This document shows, piece after piece, positions 26,100 through 38,995 of a stretch of 64,000 bases of DNA (its first letter is position 1; every line of letters starts with the position of its first letter). The notes beneath the pieces are model-generated. The model was not told the DNA's origin. It searched no databases and saw only the letters and a program-made list of their open reading frames with translations. The translations under genes and the position numbers were made by a program. This stretch comes from Isurus oxyrinchus (Eukaryota), in the NCBI GenBank assembly GCA_026770705.1, contig JANJGN010000042.1, positions 1,674,001 to 1,738,000 on the forward strand, read 5' to 3'.

Positions 26100-26520
26100 C
26101 TTTGCATAAAGAATTATGTAGCCGAAAAATGCACATGTTGTAGAAACGTATGGTCTAGCACTCAGCAGGACAATTTGCAAGAGTTGTGCCTATTTCAACT
26201 GATCAAAAGACGGGAGAACCAGTCTCTGGCTCATGCCCTCATGAAATGTATTGACCAATCAGAGTCAACATACTTGATTTGAATGTAAACAATGGTTGAC
26301 AGTTAACTTCCATTCATCAAGTCACTATCGCATTCTCTATTGCAATGCCACAAGTGATCCGTTTTCACTCGCCAATCAATCATCACACTCTTCTCATGAC
26401 GTTAAAAGTGTTGTTCCATTTGACTTTTTTCTTACTCTTGCGAATTGTCCTGATGAGTCCAAGATGAAGAGCTTCGAAAGCATGTGCATTTGATCAGCAC
26501 TCTCACATTCTGTTCTACCA
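26100..26520 (+). mobile_element. Penelope-like element 3' end with hammerhead-like motif
   Basis: Inverse-homologous to 33640-34090, which encodes a GIY-YIG C-terminal-like peptide. Contains CTGATGA-GTCCAAGAT-GAAG-AGCT-TC at 26450-26475. Confidence 0.6.
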
Positions 26521-26526
26521 AACAAC

Positions 26527-27928
26527 GAGTGAGTCTCACGTCAGTGGTCGGGAAACTATTGGAGAAAATTCTGAAGGAAAGAATCTATCTTAACTTGGAG
26601 AGAGAAGGTTTGATACGAAATATTCAGCATGGATTTTTCAGAGGTAGGTCATGCCAAAAAAATTTTACTGAGTTTTTGAGGAGATGACCAGGTGTGTAGA
26701 TGATGGTAGTGCAGTTGATGTAGTTTATATGGATTTCAGAAAAGCCTTTGACAAGGTCCCAAATGACAGCCTTATAAATAAGGCAAATGTGCATGGGATA
26801 CAGGGTAATTTGATAAAATGGATTATAAATTGGCTTAGTTGTAGGAGACAGAGTGTGATGACAGAAGGCTGCTTTAGTGACTGAAAACTCGAGACCAGTG
26901 GTGTACCATAGGGATCTGTGCTGGGTCCCCTATTGTTCGTTATTTATATAAATGACATAGATGACTATGTGAGGAGTATGATTAGTAAGTTTGCGGATGA
27001 CACAAAGATTGGTTGGTTGGTTTACAGTGAGGTTGAGAGTCTTAGGCTGGAGGAAGATATTGGCGTGGTGGTCAAATGGGCAGATAAGTGGCAGATGGAA
27101 TTTAACCCTGGAAAGCGTGAGGTTATACACTTTGGAAGGAGTAATTTGACAAGGAAGTATTCAATGAACAGCATGGCATCAGGAAGATCTGACGAACAAA
27201 GGGACCTTGGTGCCTCTGTCCATAAGTCTCTGAAGGCAGAGCGGCGTGTTAATGGGGTCGTGAAGAAGGCATTTGGGACACTTGCCTTTATCAGTCGAGG
27301 CACATATTGCAAAAGTAGAGGGGCCATGTTGGAGTTGTACAGAACCTTGGTGAGACCACAGTGGGAGTGCTGTGTGCAGTTTTGATCGCCAAATGATAGA
27401 AAAGATGTGATTGCGCTAGAAGTGGTGGAGAGGAAGTACACCTGGATGCTGCCTGGGCTGAAACATTTAAGTTATAAAGAGAGGTTGCATAGACTTGGGT
27501 TATTTTCAGCATAGCAGAGAAGACTGAGGGGCGACCAGTTCAAGGTGTACAATATTGTGAGGCGTATGGACGGGGTGGATAGGGAGCAGCTGTTCCCCTT
27601 AGATGAAGGCTCAGTCACGATAGAACACAAGTTCAACGTGAGGGGCAGGAGGTTTCGGGAGGATGTGAGGGAAAACCTTTTTTACCCAGGTGTTGGTGAC
27701 TGTCTGGAATACACTGCCTGAGAGGGTAATGGAGGCTGGTTGCCTCACATCCTTTATAAAGTGCCTGGATGAATACTTGGCACGTCCTTACATTCATGGT
27801 TGTGGGCCAAGTGCTGGTCAATGGAATTAGTTAGGTAGGTCAGATGTTTCTCACGTGTCAGTGCAGACTCGATGGGCAGAAGGGCCTCTTCTGCACTGTG
27901 CGAACCTGTGATTCTCTGATTCTGTGAC
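26527..27928 (+). mobile_element. CR1 LINE, 5'-truncated, reverse transcriptase region to 3' tail
   Basis: VDVVYMDFRKAFDKV, GSVLGPLLFVIYINDID, SKFADDTKI and WADKWQMEFN motifs. Ends in GATTCT(C/G)T tandem tail. Interrupted by stops and frameshifts. Confidence 0.95.
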
Positions 27929-28814
27929 TAAATATTCAACTCTCCATGAAGTGATTGTCATGATTATAAACAGCAGAATCAAATCTCTAAATTCGCTGAC
28001 CTATCAACAATTAAAGTGAATGAGCAACTCTCTTCTCACCCAAACATTGTTTTAATCATTTGCTTATATGGGTGAATGTACTTGAATTTGAAAGAATGGG
28101 ACAACTGGCAATATGCTTCCTCGCCAATGGTGCAACTGAACGATTTCTTACCTGTGGAAACATTTCAATAAATCTCCAGCTGGGGTGGGCAAACTAATCC
28201 CTTTCTATGGTCCAGGTATTTCCAAGGTTTGCTTCTGTAGAGTATGTCCTGTCTCTGCCCAGGTTGGGTAATCCGTTGAAACCTAGTCCACAGACAGAAG
28301 TGTTGCAGGGTCTCTCCCCATTGCAAATGCTGCAACTTCAATTGTAATTCTGTGTAAGTGATTACAGATCATTGGATAGCCATTGCATTGGAACACTCTC
28401 AGTTGGGTGCGTGTTTTATTGTGCTTCAAGCAACACCGGCCTTTGAAATAAAATTCCACTGATTGTATTGGCAAACATTGATCCTTTTTTTGTTTTACTT
28501 TCTGTTCTCCATTCCCGGGATCCACTCTCGCTGTTGTCTGAAAGAATTGCTTTTGGATGGTTTTAGTTTTGCATTTACCCAGTAGCCTTTGAGTTCCCCT
28601 CCTGAAGATATTGACTCAGAGGAAAAGCAAGATACATACAGCTGCTCTAATATTTCCTACAATTCAATTAGCTCATGGGTAATCTATATATAATTTGCAT
28701 CTACCCACCTTAGTTTTATTCTCTTTCAATGGTTTTCCTGAAAGTAGTCAATCTAATTTTCGCATGTTCGATTGACTCCGATTGTCTTTGAACCTTTAGG
28801 AGAAAATGGTCAAG

Positions 28815-29200
28815 GGGCATGGTAACATAGTAATTATTTTAATGGAATAAAACACGAAATCTATTTTATTGATTCGGGACATAATTTAAGATCCCACAGC
28901 GATGGCTAAAATAGTTGAGTTAAGTTCTCTAAATACAGCTGAAATTAAGAAGGCAAAGAAAAAGAAAAATGACGCATCACGAATAATCACCATGAAAGTA
29001 TATTCTTATCAAGAAGGAAGAAAATGCGTTCTGTTTCATTAATGCATCTTAGTGGAAGGATTGTGCTTTAGGTCCCCTGCTTAGTGTACATGTGATTCCT
29101 GACACAAAGAGATGTACTTAAGTGTTAACTGTGGTCTGAAATGGTCGAACAAGCCACTATGAAACAAAAAAAAAAGTAACAGTGTGAGGAACACTCGTGA
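28815..29200 (+). mobile_element. SINE, decayed
   Basis: Reverse-complement similarity to the SINEs at 30050-30400 and 57635-57995 (e.g. TTAACTGTGGTCTGAAATGGTC). Confidence 0.45.
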
Positions 29201-30049
29201 TTTTCCTAGGTGCTGGAAGTTACAAAGGTAAAGCCAGCCCAATCGATCCTGCAAAGCCCTCCTCATTCACATATTGGGACATGACAGCTGATCCACAAAC
29301 TAGCCAATGGAAAGTCTGACATTGTCGGACTCGCCGAATCAAACCATTGAGAAAATGTTCCAAACTCTTCCATCACCAGCTCTGATTATGTGTTGTCACA
29401 ATGGCATAATAACAAAATGTATAGTAAAATGTGGCACGCTATTTGGCCACAACAGGATGGAACATTTGTCCTCAAAATCCAAAAGGGCAAAATGACAATT
29501 AAATTTAAACTATGTTCAGATATCTCTTTGAGTTTTGCGAACAGCAATTAGATCTCCTGGCCTTGGAGGAAAAAGCTTTGTAATCCTGAATACAACAATA
29601 TCATTGCAGTAAAAATACTACAATGTGCATTCGTTGGCTAGTAATTATAAAAACGTCTATCTTTCAAATTTGCGCCTACAGTTTTGGGGCCAATGTAGTT
29701 TTTAACCGCCAGGCATCAGAAAGGATAAGAAGTAAAGCACACAATTTCAGTTATTGACCTGTTACAGCCATCTTCTTAATTGGGATGATCCATATAGAAA
29801 AGTCGTTTTCAAAGTGGTCATCATATCAGTAGTTGAATGTTGCAATTGTGATCCATCTTTGAAAGTAATAATACCAGGCATCCAGTGTAGTTATACTACA
29901 GATAGAATCCCATGTGAAAGTGTTTTCATAATTATATGCCAATTTGAATTTTGTCTAGTTAGCAAATCTCATGTGAATTTTGATTGCTTCCTATACTAGG
30001 CTGTGCTATTAAAATCAGGGATTTGAATTGTTTATTTCTTCTTGATGCT

Positions 30050-30405
30050 TTCACATGTCCTGGATGTCACTAAGCAGGCCATCATTTGTTGCCCATCCCT
30101 AATGCCTTTGTCCTGAGTGGCTTACTTGGCCATTTCAGAGGGCAGTTAAGAGTCAATCACATTGTTGTGGGACTGGAGTCACAAGTAGACCAGGCTAATT
30201 AAGTGAACCAGATGGGATTTTACAGCAAACTGTGATAGTTCCATGGTCACTATTGCTGGGGCTAGTTTCATAATTTATGATTCATTCAACGAGTTGAAAC
30301 TCTATCTGCTGCCTTGGTTTGATTTGATCCTCTGTCTCCAAAGTATTAGCCTTGACACCTGGATTATTAGCTTTATGACAGTGCGATGGCGCCACCATCA
30401 TCCCA
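30050..30405 (-). mobile_element. SINE sharing its 3' end with the CR1/L2-clade LINE
   Basis: TTGCCCATCCCTAAT...GGCCATTTCAGAGGGCAGTTAAGAGTCAATCACATTG. Aligns with 57635-57995, and the 3' part matches the LINE end at 45960-46020. Confidence 0.75.
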
Positions 30406-30599
30406 ATGAAATGGAGAGAAAAAACATACCGAGAAACAGAGAATTTAAGAAATCACACATACAATTGCGCTGCTTTAGGTTACACTGGGGATACGTATCT
30501 CCCTTCAGTTTACGATTGTACTTCAACCAACATATTGGTTTAATTTGTCCAATCCAGATATTTGAAGAAAGTTTATTTCAGTTTTAAACTATTGTATCG

Positions 30600-31275
30600 C
30601 AATTAACCAATTATAAGGAACAATAATTCATCGAAATAGATTAAATTATTTGAAAAGCAAGTACACAAAAATATATCTGCAGTCTCTTTGTCCGCAGTGC
30701 TTTAGGCAAACTCGCAAAATGGCCACAGCCTTCCCTTTCGGGCCTGAAAATACCTGGGTATATCTCAAGTTATCCTGGAAGACTCAAGTAGCCCAAAATT
30801 GGAACTCCAGGTTAACAAAAAAAATGTTGTCATGATGCAACAGCGACACGAGTGGTACTGTTCACGAATCAGTTGAAGAGAATAGAACAAACCAAGTTTC
30901 TACTCATCAGGCAATTGAGTAACGCCGTGTATGAATTCCAGCACCAGGCAAGTGAGTCAGAGGTCCCAGCGATTGGTTGGTCGAATCAAACAAAATGTCC
31001 CTCCACCCGGTTCATAATATACAGAACAAAGATCCAACTGAAGCAGCCCGCGCTTGTAAAACTTGAATCAAAACTCCAACAATTAGAGACGATTCCACGA
31101 TTGGTCAGCATTCGTTGAGCAGTCTTGAGTGCGTTAATTGCGGCACAGTAGCAAGAACTTCAAGGTGATCCGTCAAGTTGGTCACGTGGCTCATTAAAAC
31201 TTGTCAGGGGCAACATGCATTCATAAACAAGGACTGGATCTCTGCAAGCTAAATTAATTTTCCAAGGTCTTTCAA
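30600..31275 (+). mobile_element. Penelope-like retroelement remnant (RT C-terminus to GIY-YIG endonuclease)
   Basis: FGPENTWVYLKLSWK, SNAVYEFQ, then frameshifted SQRLVGRIKQNVP and QGLDLCK. These resemble Penelope GIY-YIG domain motifs. Confidence 0.7.
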
Positions 31276-31284
31276 AATTTGTGT

Positions 31285-31690
31285 GCCGAATTAGGCTTCG
31301 CTGGCTAGGTTAACATTTATTGCCAATCACTAATTGTCCTTCGGAAGTTGATGGTGAGCCGCGTTCTTGAACCGCTGCAGTCCATGTAGTGTACATACAG
31401 GTACAGTGCATTTAGGGAGGAAGTTCAAAGATTTAACCTCCATGACAGTGAAGGAACGATGATCTGATTCAAAGTCTGGATGGTGTGTGGCTTGGAAGAG
31501 AACTTGAAGCCGATGGTGTTCTTATTCATTTCCTGTGCTTGATCTTCCAGGCAGTAGAGATCGTAGGTTGGTAAGATGATGTCTAAGAAGCCTTGGTAAG
31601 ATCCTGAAATGCATTATGTAGGTTGTTCACAACTGCTGCCTCTTTGCATCGGTGCTGCAGGGACTGAATGTTTGTCGATGGGGTGGTAAT
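31285..31690 (-). mobile_element. CR1/L2-clade LINE 3' end
   Basis: Reverse complement of the 45650-46010 region (GGTGAGCCGCGTTCTTGAACCGCTGCAGTCCATG, GACAGTGAAGGAACG). Confidence 0.8.
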
Positions 31691-31699
31691 AGACAAGTG

Positions 31700-32890
31700 A
31701 TAATAAGAAATTGCAACATCAGTAAGCCATTCGGCCGTTCAACCCTCCCCCCCCCCCCCCATTCAATAACACCATGGCTGATCTGTCCCAGGCCTCAACT
31801 CCTATGTACTGCCAGCTCTCCATGAAGATCAACTCACGATATTTCAATAATCTATCCATCTCTTTTTTAAATACCTTCAGAGATCAAGCCTCCACAACTC
31901 TCTGGGGTAGAGAATTCCAGTCATTCAATACTCTCAGAGAGAAGATATTCCTTCGCAACTCAGTTTTGTATGAGTGGCCCCTTATTATGTAACTATGTCC
32001 CCTAGCTCGAGATTCCGCCACGAGATCGAACATTTTCTCAATATCCACCTGCCAACAACCCCTCCCCTCAGGATTCTGTTCATCTCAATAATATAATTCC
32101 TCATTCCTCTAAACGCTAATAAATAAAGTCCTAGTCTGTTCAGCCATTCCTGATAAGTCAACTCCTTCATCCCAGGAATCAGCCTAACGAATCCGCTTTG
32201 AACTGCATCTGATGCCAATATATCATTTCTTAAATACGGGGACCGAAACTGTACATAGCACTCCAGGTGTGGCCCCACCGAAGCCAGCACATTTGTAAAA
32301 AGACCTCCCTATTTTTAAAACTGTAACCCCCTAGCAACACAGGCCAAAATGCCATTTGCCTTCTTAATTACTTGTTACATTTGCATGTTGACGTTTTGTG
32401 TTTCGTACACAAGAACAATCAGATCCTGCATGTTTTTGGGGTCTCTCTCCATTTTAATAATAGTCTGCCTTTTGATTCTTCCTACAAAAGTGAATGACCT
32501 CACACTTTCTTGCATTAATCTGCATCTGCCAAGTGTTTTTTTTTCCCACTCACTCAACCTATCTACAACCCCTTTTATATTCCTTATGTCCTTTCACAAC
32601 ATGGCTTCTCACCTATTGTTGTATCTTCAGCAAATTTGGATACATCACACTCTGTCCGCTCCTCCAAGTCATTGCAATAGATAATAAATAGTTGAGGCGC
32701 CAAGACTGATACTTCTGGCACTCCATTTGTTGCGTCTTTCCAATGCGTCTGAAAAGGACCCATTAATCCAGACTCTCTGTCTCCTGTGTGTTATCTAATC
32801 CTCAGTCCATACTAATACATTTCTCCCAATACTGTGAGCTCTTATCTTGTGCAATAATCTTTTACATGGCACCGTATCGAATGCGCCAGT
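31700..32890 (-). mobile_element. CR1 LINE, 5'-truncated
   Basis: PHLECYVQF.SPYLR.DI and LNRLGLY motifs on minus. Typical CR1 3' region near 31700-31800. Confidence 0.9.
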
Positions 32891-33639
32891 CAAGCGCATT
32901 GCTTTGTCCTGGATAGTGCTGAGGTTCTAGACGGTAGGTCATCTTTTGAGTTGCCTAAAATCATGGGGAGCTAACGGCTCTCCATTGCATTCTCCATGGC
33001 TGCGCTCGGCCAATCAGCTTCGAGTTCCTTTGATCGTTTGCAATTCGGGATTCATGATGAGTGCAAGACAATAAGCTTCCATAACTTATCCCTCATTTTC
33101 AGCAATACACGTAATTCTGTACTACCAAGTGACAACTTGTGACAGATGTTCCTCATCCCTGTCATCATTTCAAAAGCTATAAAATCCTTGCAAAATGTTC
33201 TTCCCAGAACTGGACTCAAATGCTCCAGCTGAGCCAAACCGTTCTTGTGTTTTTATCATAGATTGCTACCTATATAATCAAGCTTCCTGTATGCCGATTT
33301 ATAAACATATGGAACATGTATTTAGCTCCTGCAATCCCGTTACAATCATATCCTTTATTCGAGTTTTCTTATCCTTATTCTTCATTCGAAGGTGATTCAC
33401 TTGACAGATAGCTACGTTAAAGTTAAGCTGCCAACTTGTATGCCCATGTTATAAATCTGTCCATGGTTTTTGGAAGTTCAGCACCCCCGTCACATTAGTT
33501 TGCAATATTTCCAAGTTTTGTCACATCTGTAAGCTTTGAAATTATGTCACGTACACTCAAGTCAAAGCAATTATATATATCCAGAAAAAGGGTGCTCACA
33601 CCAACTCCTGGCGAAATCTTCCTCTAATTTGAAACATTT

Positions 33640-34090
33640 TTTGACTCGTCAGGTTACTTTTTAAGAATACCGATGTAAGGGGAAAACAACAATTTATACT
33701 GCATGTGAAGAGAGTGCTGATTGCTTGGCAAGTGGACTCCGGCAGAGGAATTATCATAGAGAATGCACGAATTATGGCGACTGAAAGTTAACTCCTAAGC
33801 TTTGTTTGAAATTTTAGCTAGGCAGCTTGGCCTTGATTAGTCAATGCATTGCCTTGAGGAATGAGTCAGCGAATGGCTGTCACTTATTGTATTTAGCTGA
33901 ACCAGGCACAATGTGTGTGCATGTCTTTTCTGCTTGCAAAGAACAGGGCCCTGTGTATTAAAATATGCAGCGTCCAAATACATGCAAATGCACCACTCTG
34001 CAAGCCCAACTGATAATCTGAGTTGGTTGTCAGCGTTATTCCTAGCGCAATTAATTTTATTTAGCAAATGTTCTCGAGTTCCGAATCGCA
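33640..34090 (-). mobile_element. Penelope-like element 3' remnant
   Basis: EHLLN..CARNNADNQ...LDAAYFNTQGPVLCKQK (end of GIY-YIG domain) followed by a UTR homologous to 26100-26440. Confidence 0.7.
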
Positions 34091-34199
34091 TCCAATGTTG
34101 AACACTGTAATTTGAGCTTTACCAGCACTGGCTCGTTGGATATGTTCTGTATTTTGCCCGTTTCGAGGTTCAGCCAGCATCAACATTTGCATGATTTAC

Positions 34200-34640
34200 G
34201 TCATTTAGAAACATTGTGTTTCACTTTCTTACCGCTAAATTGCACGACTTCACATTTCTGCACTTTGTACTCCGATAGAAATTCCACTCCCTTAACCTTT
34301 CGACATCAATTTTCAGCCTCCTTGCGATCTCCTCACAGCTTGCACCTGCACCAAGCCTTGAATCGTCAGCAACTCTGTTATTTTCCAGGTCTTTTCCTAA
34401 GTGATTAAAGCAAATTGTAGCAGAGGCCATCATTGAAAGTTGTGGCACTCCACTAGTGACAGCCTGCCAGCCTGCCACCCTGAAAATGCCCGGTAGCCAT
34501 ATTATTTGCTTCCTCGACATTGACCGATCTTCTACCCATGCTAATGTATTCGCTTCAAACCCATGATTCATCATCTTGTGAACTAACCTTTGTGTGGAAT
34601 CTCAAGGGATTTAAGTTCGAAATCCAAGTGTACGGCATCA
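34200..34640 (-). mobile_element. CR1 LINE reverse transcriptase fragment
   Basis: HG...N.LAWVED, WQAVTSGVPQ and VADDSRLG motifs. Confidence 0.8.
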
Positions 34641-36539
34641 ACTGGTGTCAAAATGTGTCAAAAACGATGTCACTATCATAACCCATGAAGATTTCCTCCA
34701 ATCATAGCATAAATATCTTAATGAATTGTTCAGAATTCTAAACAATCGATTCCCACAGTTCCTAGCGACCGAAGAAAGGCTCATTGCAATTCTGGTCTAC
34801 ATGTGGCATTTATTTTTTACCATTCCTATCTGTTGAAGTGCAAATACTGTCTGTCTCTCCTATTCGAAACATCTTCCTGGAGCTAATCTTTATCAGGTTT
34901 TGCAGTCGTCCATCTTCAACAGCTTTGTTCCCTCCACAAATTCAGCCATTGTTGTTGTGTCTTTGAGCTTCGGGTCATTATCAACTGCATTAAAAAAATA
35001 GGTTCAAATAAGGAGACTCTAGGATATCCACTTTAGGCCAATTCATCTCTGTATCCATGCCGTATAGGCACTATGCATCAACATGCTAGTAACACCTTGT
35101 GAAATATATCCACCGATTCTAGCAACTGATTCCTAGATGAACTACGTGCAAGGACTGAAAAAGCCAAGTGTATCGCATCCATTAAATGGATCCTACCTGG
35201 TGAAGTTGAATGGCACAGACTCCCTTTCATGGACATATATCCACTATATATTGAGATTACTTTGCATCCATCTGTTCCGTGGCTCTTTTTGCAGCAACGG
35301 TTGCTCAGGAGTACACACTCTGAACATCAACTCAATACTTTGTACTTTCCTGGATCAAATTGGCATCTGCTTTCCTGGAGAACCAGCCACTCTTTAATGG
35401 TCAGGACTGTCTCTTTAATTTGTGTGCGGCACCCTGCAATGTGCTTACGTATTTGCATAAGGAAGCTCGATTAAAGTTAACTGGCCACTTAGGTCGACGA
35501 ATCAGAATTGAATATTGGACAGCTGTTCATTAACCATGTTGATCGCAATGTGACCTGAGTCACAACGATTCTCTGACACACTCTAAAACAAGTCATTTTT
35601 TTATCCATTAAATGCGTGGAGGTGTTTTAAATATCTGCACGAAATTCGCCTATTCCCACGTCTCTATACCTATAAATGTATGTATTTCTGAGTCCCAATT
35701 ACTGATCATTGAAAATTTGTCTGTCTCAATATCCCACTCTAATAACATGAAAAAAAATACAATATTAATTTATTGTGCTCCCTTCAGAGACTGTTTATAT
35801 ATGCGAGAGAAAATGCTGGACACATTTCGTTGACTGGATAACATCTCTGGATTGAGAACAAAAAAACAGGTAACCGTTTCAGGTTGATGAGCTATCAACG
35901 GAACTGCAAAAGTGTTAGGGGTGTTTTATGGACGTGCTAATTGGACATCAGTCAACATGCGTGGACTCTTCAGTGGACATATTCGTGAAAAATTCTTCTT
36001 GAACATTTAATCACTTGAAATTTCCCAATCATCTGCAAATGTTGCGGCATCTATCTCAATGGGCATTCCTTGATTTGTGGAGCATTACCATTCTGGATGA
36101 CCCCGAGTCTTAATCTCATTTAAGATCATAATTTCCAACCAATAGTTTGCCTCGGCTTAATCTTCCTACCACATTACAGCACTTCAATCTTGGTCTGAAT
36201 TAAGTTACTTTGCCATTTATCCTCATGTTTTTCTGATATTCTTGTATTTGGTCACATTCATCCTTAGCATTAGCAAAACCTCAACCCTTCCTAAGTTAGC
36301 ATGGTACGCAACTTTTTTTATACTATACATCCCAGCACTGAGATCAGCTCATTCAAGTCCACGGTCGAAAATGGGGGCTAAAGTTTCTATCCCCATGGAT
36401 TATTACTGCTACTTGGCACCCGTAGTAATAACTATATTCAATTCCTGCTCTCTGTATTTCTTTTCTGTTTGTTTTACTTTGGTAGTAGTGGTTAAAAAAC
36501 CAATGGGAATATCTGGACATTTTAAATAAGTTATTCATG

Positions 36540-37590
36540 GTGACCTGTGTATGCACAAGCTGAACACGTGGTAGAAGCAGACTGGATAATATTTCTTCCA
36601 AAAATGAATCACTACTCAGAAAGGAAAATAAATTACTATGAGAAAGAGCATTGGAACCGGACAAATGGATTAGCACTTTCAGGAAAAGGAATAATTGGTG
36701 TACTGGCCTCCATCTGTGCAGTGCAATGCTATGCTTTGTTATCCATTCAGCTACCGCAAAGCTGAAATAAAATGTTAGTAATTTTATCCTCAAATAAATA
36801 AACGGCAATAAAATGGTAGGCAAACGTACACAAGTCAAAAAAGCAACAGCGTAAACGTAACAAAAGACACTGGATGCTGAAGACCTGAATGTTCTGATGA
36901 AATGGCGTCGACGTGACACCTTGGCTTTCCATCTTTCTCCTCGTGAGTGTTATCTGTTTATATCTAATAACAGATACTTTCATATGGATAAATTCCAGCT
37001 TCATTCCGACATCGCATGATTTTAAATGTATTACATGATTTGTTGTTGTTATTTTTTTTGCTGAGATTAATTGAGGTTCCCATTGGCCAACCCCTCGGTA
37101 ATATCCGTGTAGATTCAATAGACCGCATCTGGATTGAAGGCTATGAGGACGATAACGGGAACATCTGGACAATAGCTCCAACATTCATTGCCCTGTTCTT
37201 CCTGAGAATTTTCGACAGCGCTGCCGTCACTCTGGTAAAGGTGAGAATATTCAATCCTAGTGGATTGAACACTACAATCTGACAGAAGCGGTTTGAAAAC
37301 TTTCTAAACATCTCAACAATTAAAAACTATAATATGAATGCACCAGATCATAAACATCTGCTTCATTATTTTCTGCCTCTTTTACAGATCAACTGATCGG
37401 TTGAATTTGGACCCTGTAGCTTTTCCTCAGCTGTGTATTCCAATATAAAATATGTTGTCTTGGTGATTCTAAAAGTGAAATGTCTTCAATTTGTGATCCC
37501 AAATCTGTAACCGAACCTGTAGCAGTATTTCCTTTTTCATGTATGAAATGTGCGAGATGATAATGGTTGTAATGTAATTGTAGCATCTAA
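36540..37590 (-). pseudogene. Possible highly decayed immunoglobulin-superfamily relic (V-set plus C2-set; VSIG10L/CEACAM-like)
   Basis: Fragments across shifting frames: ILYW..., a D(S)GAF-like stretch, TASVRL, YCPDVPVI, NGTSINLS-like, EAGIY, TLTRRKMESQ, then ttttatttcag followed by QSIALHCTDGGQYTNYS. No long ORF. Confidence 0.35.
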
Positions 37591-38789
37591 TTTCCCTAGA
37601 GTTAGGATTTCAATTGTAATTAAGTAACGTTTTCATTCGTTATTCATTATTGCCCGCTTCCCTTTCCTTTGAGCCACAGTTTTCTCTTTCTGATCTATGT
37701 TCCAGTGGTACATACAATTTACCAACTCAGCGTGCATGTGTTCTGTTCCCAACGTGACCTCAGACATTATATTCACTTCTGTTAACTTTAAAATAAACTT
37801 TCTTGTGAAATATTCTCTTATATTACTAATAAAATAGAATGAAAAGTGGACTAACTGTGACTTTGCTGGATTCCTTTCTCCAAGGCCCATTCACACCGCT
37901 CCATTTTCCCTATTACACATTTCTCCCAGTTTTACCAGTCTTGTCTGGGATCTGTTTGCACCGAAGACCCCATTGGGCCACCCATCATCCCATCCGTATA
38001 AGGAGACCTTTACCTCTGCCTGTTTCTGGCAATTGACCGAGGCGGAATGATTGAACAGGGAAGGTCACCTCGGTGATTTCACTCTGGGTGGTCACAGTCA
38101 CGTGTCTGGTAATTCTAAACTATAGTGTTCGGCTTCATTGGAGGCTGATATAGGATAGGGAATTGGAGCAGAAAACTTCCTTTAAAATACCCCATCAAAC
38201 ACTCCCACCGTTGGTGCAATCAGGGTCAGAAAAAGGGTAAAGATCCCTCTGCATTGTCCGTTTAAACACTTTGAAGTTGGGATGCCACAAGCTAGATATA
38301 TAACACAGGCAGAATATGGAGCACAAACCAAGGGATGTTTCCAGGGACTGGGGCGTGTCTGGCACTGATATATTATTAAGTACACATCCTGCAAATTATT
38401 ACAGAGCTTTAGGTCTATTCGACATACTGGGGGTCAAAACCGTGAAAATATTCAAAGGTGGGGTCAAACTTTATGCTGTAAGTAACCATAAACATGGGGC
38501 TTGTTCACAGATCCTGGGGCCGATCGGATACTGAGACACTGGCTTTGCATTTTCTCTTAAATAAACAAACAGACGTAGCCCGCACCTCGCCCTGGCCCAC
38601 CCCTTTCCGTTTAGCATATACATGGTCCTTATTCGGGTAAACACAGGCCGACTCTCCACTTCCACCTTTTCTGTTAAATCCATTAGGGCTGTCATTCGCC
38701 CTTCTGCTGTGATAATGAACTGTATTCCTGATCAGCTCATTCCTACTAATACCATCTCCCTGAACTCGCTGAACATCACCCCAGGGGTA

Positions 38790-38995
38790 AACACAGAAAA
38801 CGCTGAAATTATCAGCAGGTCTGATAGAATCTGTGGAGACAGAAACAGAGTGGTCTTCTCGAGTCGTTATGACCCTTCTTCAGATGGACTCGAAACATCA
38901 ACTCTGTTTCTCTCTCCTCAGATGCTGTTAGGCCTGATGAGTTTTTCCAGCAATTTTTGTTTTTGTTTCAGATTTCCAGCATCCGTGATATTTTG
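38790..38995. repeat. Inverted pair of Penelope-like termini (imperfect palindrome, ~75 bp arms)
   Basis: ATCTGTGGAGACAGAAACAGAGT...CGAGTC, a ~21 nt spacer, then GACTCG...ACTCTGTTTCTCTCTCCTCAGAT. Confidence 0.85.
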
